Below, piece after piece: positions 53,368-64,000 of a DNA stretch of 64,000 nt. Each line of letters opens with the position of its first letter. Positions within the stretch are counted from its first letter, which is position 1. The stretch covers positions 96,782,001 through 96,846,000 of the forward strand of contig NC_043002.1 of the NCBI RefSeq assembly GCF_006345805.1, written 5' to 3'. The notes below the pieces were generated by a model. It was not told where the DNA came from and did no database searches. It worked only from the letters and a program-made list of their open reading frames with translations. Made by a program: the position numbers and the translations under genes. Origin of the DNA: Octopus sinensis (lineage: Eukaryota).

Positions 53368-53413
53368 CTGTATGTGAATAGAAGAAAAACAGACGTAAAA
53401 TAGCTCATGAGGT

Positions 53414-53599
53414 ATACAGTTCTATATTTAAGAGATGAGGAATTATGTACATTATTTACATTATTTACACTTGACGGATATTTGTCCTCATCTTGTTTGT
53501 TGTTAACACAACGTTTTAGCTGATATACCCTCCAGCCTTCATCAGGTGTCTTGGGGAAATTTCGAACCCGAGTTCTCATTCCTAAAGTATTTTTCGATG

Positions 53600-53647
<48 letters not shown>

Positions 53648-53836
53648 TATTATTATTATTATCATTATTCAGATCATTGGTTGGAATCTGAATCTTGGGG
53701 TTAGTAGCCTGCGCTCTTAACCACTACGCAATATGGCACAGTGGTTAAGAGCGCAGGCTACTAACCCCAAGATTCCGAGATCGGTTCCAAGCAGTGACCT
53801 GAATAATAATAATAATAATAATATATAATAATAATA

Positions 53837-53934
<98 letters not shown>

Positions 53935-54097
53935 TAATAATAATAATAATAACAACAACAACATCGAAAAATACCTTAGGAATGAGAATCCGGGTTCGAA
54001 ATTTCCCAAGACACCTGATGAAGACTGGAAGGTATATCAGCCGAAACGTTGTGTTAACAACAAACAAGATGAGGACAAATATCCGTCAAATATAAAT
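53414..54097. mobile_element. Two head-to-head copies of a tRNA-headed SINE (family D) with (AAT)n spacer and hammerhead-like 3' part
   Basis: Left copy 53414-53731 (-), right copy 53732-54097 (+); agctcatga direct repeat at 53402 and 54107. Confidence 0.85.
54010..54055 (+). ncRNA. Minimal type I hammerhead motif in SINE D
   Basis: gacac-CTGATGA-a-gactg..cagcc-GAAAC-GT-T-gtgtt; sister copy (53505-53550, -) has a perfect stem II but a G-to-A core change. Confidence 0.65.
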
Positions 54098-55043
54098 AAG
54101 GTAAACAGCTCATGATATATTCGGTATTTTGATAATAATACAAAACCATTTTTAATGAAAAGGACCCGGATACCCTAGTTGTGACTGTATTGCAAGGAAG
54201 GTAATCATTTGTAGCCAAGTCTTAGAATTCGAAGATTGAATTTTAAATCGAAGACCAGTGAAGATGTAAAGAATATGGATATTTATTTGATATCATAACT
54301 ATTTAGAAATTTCTAGAATACATGAAACAATGCCTTTTTGCTAAGGCGAACCTCGAAGCAGGTAAACATATGAATAGTCGGGCGAAATGCGTCGCCGTAT
54401 TTCGTCTGCCGTTACGCTCTGAGTTCAAATTCCGCCGAGGTCGACTTTGCCTTTCATTCTTTCGAGGTCGATAAATTAAGTACCAGTTACGCACTGGGGT
54501 CGACTTAATCCGTTTGTTTGTTCTTGTTTGTCCCCTCTATGTTTAGCCCCTTAAGGGTAATAAAGAAACAGATATGAATAATCGCGTGTGAATATTGAGT
54601 GAAAAAGAAAACATCAAATAGAATACCTGCCATGCTTATTGAAGATGTGAGTTCGAATCCCACGAACAACCTGCTAATTTTCCTATCCAAACGGTATTTT
54701 TTTAACCCAGTATTGACACACTACAATTTATAAATGTATATTGCTTCGAGTTTCGCCGTTCCAAAATGAATAATACATATTTAGTTATTTTTCTTAGTTA
54801 TTAAAAAGGTCCTAAAATTTGACAAATTATCACACTTTATTATGCATAATATTAATTTTTGCTATTATATCGTGGAAGTATTATGATATAATCATTTCAG
54901 TTACAACATGAACTCAGACGACATTACTTGCTAAGCAAATTCAATTTAACTTCCCAAATTTTAGCCGTAGGCAAAATTCCAGTATGAACCGAGACCACAA
55001 CTTTAGTTGATGTCATCATGTTTATTTGCTTACTTGTATAAAT

Positions 55044-55427
55044 GGAAGCACTCCGTCGGTTACGACGACGAGGGTTCCGGTTGATCCGAATCAACGGAGC
55101 AGCCTGCTCGTGAAATTAACGTGTAAGTGGCTGAGCACTCCACAGACACGTGTACCCTCAACGTAGTTCTCGGGGATATTCAGCGTGACACAGAGAATGA
55201 CAAGGCCGGCCCTTTGAAATACAGGTACAACAGAAGCAGGAAGAAAGAGTGAGGGAAAGTTGTGGTGAAAGAATACAGCAGGGATCACCACCATCCCCTG
55301 CCGGAGCCTCGTGGAGCTTTAGGTGTTTTCGCTCAATAAACACTCACAACGCCCGGTCTGGGAATCGAAACCGCGATCCTATGACCGCAAGTCCGCTGCC
55401 CTAACCACTGGGCCATTGCGCCTCCAC
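55044..55427 (-). mobile_element. tRNA-derived SINE family C with 12-bp TSD acttgtataaat
   Basis: Head gtggaggcgcaatggcccagtggttagggc...ggtttcgattccc; TSD at 55032-55043 and 55428-55439; partial copy at ~55870-56180. Confidence 0.9.
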
Positions 55428-56182
55428 ACTTGTATAAATAAACATCTATCAACTGAATGATATATTTCTAAATACGAATCGAAACACTTTTTGTCAAAGC
55501 TTTGTGAATAATTTCAACTTTACTTTCGTCTAAAAAGTAGCGACCTGATCCTAAATAGACAAACATTGCATAATAACAGTTTCCTTAAGATTAGATATTG
55601 AAAACTGAGCATACGCCTATTCTAAAGTTATTTATGAAAGCTTTGACATGCATCTGCATATTTTCTCTCGAATCATTGTTCGGAGAAGTATCATGCAAAG
55701 ACACTGATATATTACTCCGAGATATTTCATACTGGTTTAGTGTTATATCCTGTTTTCAACAGATCGTTTAATTCTGAAATATGTTTTGAGAAATGCTCTT
55801 ACAAGTTTCTCTAGCCGAGGGTAAAATGTTACAAAATCATATATATATATATATATATATGTATATATCACCGTGATCACCGGGACCGACCACGCTATCA
55901 GATGTTGCCACACATCGCTGGTCACAATGGGCTTAGCATTGTTTTAGCCTTCAAATAACGCCACCCCGCTGGCGAAGCGAGCAGGCCAACAGAAGAAAGA
56001 GTGAGAGAAAGTTGTGACGAAAGAGTACAGCAGGGATTTCCCCCCCCCCCCCGTGCGGGAGCCTCGTTGAAATTTAGGTGTTTTCGCTCAATAAACACTC
56101 ACAACGCCTGACCTGGGAATCGAAACCGCGACCCTACGACCACGAGTCCGTTTCCCTAACCACTGGGTCATTGCGCATTGAC

Positions 56183-56215
<33 letters not shown>

Positions 56216-57098
56216 AACTACATATGGGGAAAGTTCTGTCTCTGGGTGTGCTTGTGGAGTTGTTAGCTAACTCCTCCTACATCGTATTATCGATTTTGAT
56301 GAAACGTGACACGTGAGTAGAACTTGTCTGGAAACTTCATGGCATAATCAGATTGTTGAAAATCGATAATAGAGCCCCTGGAAGGGATCCTTATATATAT
56401 AATATGTTTTATTTTAAACACTAAGGGAAATAAACCATTCGCCCCAAGAAGAGATCCTTATATATAACCAAAGGAAATAACTCATTCATTTTCCTAAATC
56501 ATTTGGTAAGTATGAAACTGATTATGCTTATTTCTTAATGTTTGAACTGTTAGAGTTATTTTCACAATTTATCCAGTACAACCCTTAAACAAGTAAATAG
56601 TATTTTCCTAAACAATAAATCCACATATTTCGGTTAGTGACTTATTCACAAATATACCAATACTAGCGCCGCTGAGGGTAATATTCTCTGGGATGGCACA
56701 AAAGGCCTTTTCAGAGTTATTTACTTTGAATTGTTATTATCTCATATCATGCTTCACTATTTTAGTATACATACCTTATTAGTATTTCCTCTTATGTTCT
56801 ATATACTCTGGGAACGCATTAAAGCCCTTTTCGGGGCTACTTTATTTGAATTCGTACTATCGGATAACTAATTTCACGTTATTATATAACTGACTTCACA
56901 ATTTTGTTATTCATATCTTATTGGGAATTCCTAAAAGTAGGATCCTGAGTAAGACAGTTCGGTATTCTCTGTACACGCACAAAAATCGTTTTAAGGCCTA
57001 TATAATTTGTATTATTGTTGTTGGATTAGCGAAACAAATTATGTGAACGGAACCAAAGGATAAACTCCACTTTCCCGGGAACTACCGGGTACATCAGC

Positions 57099-57140
<42 letters not shown>

Positions 57141-57969
57141 GCACAAATTGAAGGAATGGAGCAGGCAAAATCCAAAATCCAAACTGCATATGCTTCCTAA
57201 CTAACAGAACCCTGGAAGTAATAATTACGCAACGTGGGGAACACCACTAGCTACGCATCACATTGAAGATACCTTAGTTACGTGAAGGTTACAAGGAATC
57301 CTAAGTTAACTCACAAGATATGTAATATAAAATGAGTGATGAGGCCGTAAGAACGGAATGAAAAGGGAAGAAAAGGATAAGAAGAGGTCAAATATTTTGG
57401 AGCGGGAATAAGGTGGATTTTGGTAGGAGGGAAGAAGAGAAAAAGGACAAAAAATAGAGGGATGTGGGAGATAAAGTTACTTGTCATTTGGGGAACATAG
57501 TAGCTAGGGGTTAATTGGTGGCTTACTACTTAACAGTAAAACTATATATTCTTAATTCCAACCGCACGCGCTTACTTTCTCTGTGTCCCTGTAGATTCTT
57601 ATAGGTGTGCACGCGAACGTACGTGCTTGCATATTCTCATGTGCGGAGAGGAAAATGTAGGAAGATCACGAGGTTAAGAAAATATAACGGTAGCTACAAA
57701 AAAAAGGTGATTATAAATACATAGAAGAGCTTCAAGTAAGGGTGGGGAGGAATGGTTTGGGAATAATTGGGGAGGGAGCTATTATTGGTGCCTGAAAAAT
57801 CTGTTACATAGCCTGTGTTTACAATCAAGATTTATGTTGCCCTATCATTCAGACAATTGTTGCATTACATAATACTTAAGACTTCTCCGATGCAGAGATC
57901 ATATCTGCTGTTGTAACCGATATACGGTTTAGCATGGGTAACGATGGATCATTTTATATTGTATAGAAC

Positions 57970-58361
57970 TACTAGCATTATCGCCCGGCGTTGCTCGGGT
58001 TTATTTCGATCCTTTAGAATTGGAATTTTTGAAAAGTAAAAATTTGGCATTATGTAGCTTGTTATTCTCTTTAAGTGAACATTTTTCTGGTTGAAATACA
58101 CCGAAAAATGGCGACACAGCAGCAAAAAAATCGTAAAAAATAGGGATTTTCATAGAAGAAAAAGCACCTTTTTGATGTAAATAATGTTTGGTCTTAACAT
58201 GGTCCGATTTGAATTTTATCTTCTACGGAATGAAGAACAAGCCTTCTTCTATCATACTCTCAATTTTGGTCAACTTGCTCCACAGGGTCTCGGAGGAAAT
58301 AGTGTTAGTTGAAGGCTACCAAACTTGTCACACACAGACAACTTCAGCTTTATATATATAG
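57970..58361 (+). mobile_element. Helitron-like non-autonomous element
   Basis: Starts actagcattatcgcccggcgttgctcggg (similar start on the minus strand at ~49260-49292), ends tttatatatatag. Confidence 0.55.
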
Positions 58362-58497
58362 TTTTATTGTGTTAGATTATCAAAGAGCCTAGATAAAGAA
58401 GTGCTGTTTGTTCTCGCTTGAGATTTAAAACTAGAAGAGCGTTTACCAACTCTGACCTTGTAAGTGATGCTGCATGAGCCGATACTCTCGTTCTCTC

Positions 58498-58710
58498 TTT
58501 CTCTTTTACTCTTTTGTTTCAGTCATTTGACTGCGGCCATGCTGGAGCACCGCCTTTAGTCGAGCAAATCGACCCCGGGACTTATTCTTTGTAAGTCCAG
58601 TACTTATTCTATCGGTCTCTTTTGCCGAACCGCTAAGTGACGGGGACGTAAACACACCAGCATCGGTTGTCAAGCAATGCTAGGGGGACAAACACACACA
58701 CACAAACACA

Positions 58711-58766
<56 letters not shown>

Positions 58767-58934
58767 CATATATACGATAGGCTTCTTTCAGTTTCCGTCT
58801 ACCAAATCCACTCACAAGGCATTGGTCGGCCCGGGGCTATAGCAGAACGCACTTGCCCAAGATGCCACGCAGTGGGACTGAACCCGGAACCATGTGGTTG
58901 CTTAGCAAGCTACTTACCACACAACCACTCCTGC
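58498..58934 (-). mobile_element. SINE family A, full length
   Basis: Reverse complement is close to 448-848. Confidence 0.92.
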
Positions 58935-59720
58935 AATATGTACATACTTACAATGTTCTGTTCATATTGTAATTTAATATCTAAGGGATAGGAGGTGGAG
59001 CGTCTACTGCTTCATAGGATTCTAGAAGTAGAGCTAAAGTGGAGTTTGCAGGGTTATGATTGTTTGGGGTTGACATAGTATATTTGGTGGGCAGGGGGGT
59101 TGAGGGAGTTGACCGTGGGATGTAGCTTATAATCTACGTGTCTAGTAATATTATTCGTATCACCTATCATTGCCTATTTCAGTGGTGGTTATAACCGTAT
59201 CGCTAGGTTGATTAAGGGTATTAGGTGAAATATTAGGATTAGGGCTGGTGGTGTTGGTAAGGAGGTTTAAGGTTATCCTAGGGCTATGGGTGGAGGGATG
59301 GGGGTTAGGGTGTGTTGTATTAGTGTGATTGCTAGTTACTATGTTTCTTATACTTCAGATGTCAGGTTATAACGACAATATTAGTTGTGGTGGAATAGGA
59401 AAATTTAATCGATTGGGGGATGCAGAATTTTCCAAGAGGACCAGTAATGTTTTGTTTCGGAAACAGCCCGACCAGTTTGGAGAGAAGGGACTGATAATAT
59501 AAGTGGCATACTTGAAAATGAATAAGTATGGTGGGGTTGCGGTTTGTTCAACAGAAACCCTTCAAAATGGTATCACAGCACGGTCGCATTCCAATCTTTG
59601 AAACAAGTCAGAGAAGAATTGGTAATCTTATGTCAGTTTAGTGAATAAATATGAACTTCTCAATATTGTTGAGTTAAGATGACATCGAATCAAAATTCTC
59701 CTGTAGAAAGCTATACATAC

Positions 59721-59732
59721 TGTTTTGTTCAT
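59721..59732 (-). CDS. Candidate start-codon exon of paralog 3 (exon 59721-59787; coding MNKT)
   Basis: Acceptor ctttatgttttctctctctttcag, ATGAACAAAACA|gtatgt phase 0; yields signal MNKTIALYLLLVISSIVADVNA and a 141-aa, 12-Cys protein. Confidence 0.6.
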
Positions 59733-60255
59733 TGCATTACCCAGCTAATCGTTATTATGAAGTTTCACGACATCGAAATAGCGTGCACTGAAAGAGAGAG
59801 AAAACATAAAGGATTTTATGGCACAAAATCAATGCTATTTGTACAAGGTTTTAGGGGATGCTTGTATTGCTGCAAAAGGTCGAGGTTTGCTGTCGGGTAG
59901 AATTTTATTAATTTCTTTTTTCATAGAATTTGCATCGCTACTCTCCTGAACTTCCTACCAGTCACAAGTCCGTTTATTCTATGAGCTTCTTTTTTTTTAA
60001 ATGCATTCTGTTCAATGGAACTCATCACCATTGTTTTGCTTTTCTCCTTCAAACTTTCTGTCGAACAATAAGCTTTTAGAATTAGCAGCCCTATTGCTTT
60101 CCTTCTGTGTAGTCTCTTTCGTTGGTCTCTAGCTCTGTTTGGAGCAAAATCGTAAAAAAAAAAGACAAAAATATCCGTCTGGAAGTTCGCAAAAGGATTA
60201 TACTAAAATCGAATATCATTATTTTCGTAGCAGCATTACGTCTCATTATATAGTT

Positions 60256-60318
<63 letters not shown>

Positions 60319-60367
60319 TGTGTGTGTGTGTGTGTGCGTGTATGCGCGTGTGTGCGTGAGTACATAT

Positions 60368-60399
<32 letters not shown>

Positions 60400-60404
<5 letters not shown>

Positions 60405-60671
60405 ATATTTCGGAATGGTCATATTGCCAGTATAGCCAATAAAAACACACGCACTATATATTTGGTGTTATTTTGCTTCAGTGTTATTTATTTTTTACAT
60501 TAATCTTAATCTTATTTCGGCCAGAGTTCTTTCGTCACACAGAAATCTGGCCGAAATAAGATTAAGATTAATATAAAAAATAAATAATACTGAAGCAAAA
60601 TAACACCAAATATATAGTGCGTGTATTTTTATTGGCTAAACTGGCAATATGACCATTCCGAAATATAACAA
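60400..60671. mobile_element. Near-perfect fold-back MITE, ~125-bp arms
   Basis: tgttatatttcggaatggtcatattgccag... and its reverse complement around a ~20-nt loop. Confidence 0.9.
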
Positions 60672-60727
60672 TTTCTGTTTCAACACACGACTTCACATAA
60701 AAAATCTTGCAGAACAAATATTTAAAC

Positions 60728-61083
<356 letters not shown>

Positions 61084-61137
61084 TACTCTACCTCTGGTAT
61101 TTGAGTACTTTTTTTCCAAATTTACGGGCTTACTCCA

Positions 61138-61184
<47 letters not shown>

Positions 61185-61275
61185 TAATCCAAACAAGAAA
61201 ACAAAAAAATACAACAACGCAAGGACGTGGAACAAATAAAGTATTATTGGACGCTCAGGAAAGAAGGGAAGGGGG

Positions 61276-61310
61276 GTTTAACGTTTCGAGCGGAGCTCTT
61301 CGTCGGAAAC
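61276..61310 (-). ncRNA. Minimal hammerhead-like motif (Penelope-type terminus)
   Basis: gttt-CCGACGA-a-gagc-tcc-gctc-GAAAC-GT-T-aaac. Confidence 0.55.
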
Positions 61311-61379
61311 ATAGGAGAAGGAAAGATCCCGAGAAGGGAAGACAGAGGGAAAAAAATCGTCAGTGGTACTCACGAGGTC

Positions 61380-61412
<33 letters not shown>

Positions 61413-62320
61413 CACGCACACATCTCGTCTTTGTATTTGGTTTGTAAGTTTATTTATGTGAATTCGTGTGTTGAAGCATATTTCATAGTGTCTGAGAAGA
61501 GTAATTCTCTTTTAGTGCCTTTGCATCGTTACTCTCCTGAACTTCCTACTAGTCACAAGTCCGTTTATTCCATTAGCTTCTTTTCTTGAAATGATTTCTG
61601 TTCAAAGAAACCGTTTCGATTCCTGCTCATTCAGAGGTTGCAAGACACAAGAAAAAAATTTAGAAAAGCATACATACGTAAATGAGCGAAAATCGAACCG
61701 GTGAGTGTGTTAAATAAAAAGGCAGTGAAAGAGAATAACTCTCCCCAGACACAGTAATACACACACACACACACTTATATATATATATATAATTAAGGAT
61801 AAAATCGTTGTTTAAATATCGAACTTATCAAGTGGCCAGTATGGGTATAAAAACCATTCAAAGGTAATAATTAATATCAAAATTATAATTTAGGGTATCT
61901 AAAAGATACCACCACACTTGAAATAGCAGCTCAAATTTCCCTCCTGGTGCTGTATGAATTTTTAATGTTGTTTAAGAGCCAAGTTTGCTCACGTCTTGAA
62001 AAGCCTGAAGAAATTCCGCTTAGCATTTTGTTTCCTGCCCTTAAAATCCTTCCATCTCGCTAGCATGTGTTAAGGAAGCAATGAATCATTTGCTACGTAT
62101 TTACCCTAACTTAGTATCGTAAAAGTCTGTTTAAGTTCTCCATCAACATTTGCTAATATGTGAGTGACCTAACGAATGGCTTCTTAAGTTAATACGGTTA
62201 GTGAGATAGACAGCTGCTGCATGTAACATACTGAAATCGTAAACATACTTCTCCTAACCTGTATTCATGAAATATTAGTCATATGTGTGTGTGTGTGTTT
62301 GATTTGTATGTATAGTAATG

Positions 62321-62552
62321 TATTGGGGTTGTCCGGAAAGTTCGTGTCGATTTTATAGTAGCTTACCTTTCGACTTACCCTCCCAGACACCTCAATTCTG
62401 GGAAGAGGATATTTTCAAGTTAAAGGAAAGATCGAGACGCATTGTGCAATAAACTGTTTCATATTTGGTTGATTAAAAATCTAATGGCAAGTATTTATTG
62501 ACCTTTTTCTTTCCTTTAAAAATCGGCACGAACATTTCCGGAAAACCCAATA
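62321..62552. mobile_element. mariner-type MITE or internally deleted element
   Basis: TIRs tattggggttgtccggaaagttcgtgtcgatttt / aaaatcggcacgaacatttccggaaaacccaata; TA ends. Confidence 0.8.
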
Positions 62553-62989
62553 TATTTATATCTCTTATATATAGTGTTCATCTGAGAAAGGCAAGTTAAT
62601 TAGCTTTCTTATTAGGATTTGTGCATAAAATGATATGGAAAATGGAAATATAACTTCGAATCAATGATATAAAATTATTGTGCAAATGAGGTCAAGGAAA
62701 TACATGTCATCTGTATCACTAAAGTTTTTGAGGGAGCAATATCATTATCGGGATCCTTTAACTGATGCAGTTAGTCGTTGGAGCATCGCTTGAAATGCTT
62801 TCATAGTCTGCTGTCGCCACGCGTATTTGCTGACTTTCTGCCTCATAAAAAGTTGTTCGCTTTGTGTAGAGGATATGTAGCAGTATTCTGAAGTACTTGT
62901 GTTCAAAAGCCTGGAGTTTTCGCTCCATGTCAGCTGTAAATATCCAGCTCTAAAATCCAGGAAAAACAATTCCAAAACTCAAAATCGTG

Positions 62990-63360
62990 TTATTCGAAAG
63001 AATATACCCGGTCAGTTTATTCAATAACGGAATAGAACGAGCAAAAGCGATAAGCATCCAAGAATTGCGCAAAACAAAAAGAAAACCCCCTGATACGCTA
63101 AACATTTTATGCATGAACTTACAATGAAAGAAACATTGAAGCGTACAACATTATCCATCCGAATATAGCTCTTTTAATGAACGACCTGCGAATTAAAAAT
63201 ACCCTCGAAGCACAAGATCATTATTTCTAAAAGGCCTACTTATTGCCGCCAAATTAGCTACCAAAACTACAATCCAAATAGTAATAAAATGTAACCGACT
63301 CAATTGCAGAACCTGCATTAGCCTTACTGAAGCTTCAAGTCAGGGTAAACATGCACCATA
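62990..63360 (+). pseudogene. Degenerate Penelope-like ORF fragment
   Basis: NNGIERAKAISIQELRK and KCNRLNCRTC parallel GNGIERAKSINTQDLRK and KCGRPNCRTC of the 6838-8240 element. Confidence 0.75.
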
Positions 63361-64000
63361 AAAATCATTGAGGAACTCAATTTGTTCTCGAACGCGGCGG
63401 GTGTAGTGTGGATTACATAGTCAAACAAGCTAGACTTTGATTGACAGAATGAAGGTAAACAGGCAACGGGTTATTTACTTATGGGCACAGACCCATAATT
63501 AAACAACTGAGTCTGTGCCCAGTGAACAAACATCCATAATATCTAATTTTACCTTTATATCAATGCATCGGAGACACTTCAGCCCATTTCCAATTGAATA
63601 AGGGAAATATGTTTAAGAAATATATCCAAAACGAAATAGCTTATAACACTAAAAATGACAAGAAGCAACAGACATAAATCAAAAGATGAAATAATGATCT
63701 GCTTCGGGATTCAAAACCTGAATTCATACTGCTATACAATTACACCTTGCATCTTCTCAAACATCAGTTACTGACGTCACCTTAGGCTTAAGCAATAAAC
63801 CGGACCCTCAGCAAAAAACAGATAAATATTCAGCTGACCAGGACAAGTGGCCTCTTAAGAGAATGAAATAAACGGAACGCTGCACGACCGTTAGAAAGAA
63901 AGCAAGATACCAAGACTTTAACAAAAACAAATGACGCTTGCAGAACATCAAACAACTTGATGTCTACTGGTCAAAAGCAAGTCATCAAAACAGGTGGTAC

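Noticed and set aside
53732-53795. Functional tRNA gene
   Set aside because: No complete cloverleaf or acceptor stem; it is a SINE head continuing into (AAT)n
55428-55460. Start exon for paralog 3 disrupted by SINE C
   Set aside because: ATGTTTATTTATACAA|gt gives phase 1, which is incompatible with the phase-0 signal exon

Overview
AT-rich, microsatellite- and transposon-dense eukaryotic genomic DNA. The tRNA-derived SINE families and repeat landscape look like a coleoid cephalopod, probably Octopus (inference, no search run). Nearly all ORFs in the six-frame track are microsatellite or antisense artefacts, or transposon debris. The main hidden content is a minus-strand tandem cluster of three intron-rich genes for small secreted proteins. 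The two fully modelled copies share a 12-cysteine framework. Their exons (12-132 coding nt) are too short for the ORF track and were assembled by hand from splice signals, phase consistency and paralog-to-paralog homology. Paralog 2 (16839-25972) and paralog 3 (46814-59732) can be modelled completely. Paralog 1 (1958-2877) appears to run off the left edge. Paralogs 1 and 2 are recent duplicates whose exons are far more diverged, almost all non-synonymously, than the neighbouring intron. The second notable structure is a 6.8-kb head-to-tail array of three L1/Tx1-type retroelements, two of them ORF1-only. All three sit at the same ~14-bp motif inside a SINE head. The rest comprises Penelope-like elements with hammerhead-ribozyme motifs, a hammerhead-bearing tRNA-SINE in head-to-head palindrome, a CR1-type RT fragment, an IR/DR Tc1 element, an RTE remnant, many fold-back MITEs, Helitron-like elements and a near-perfect 60-bp minisatellite.
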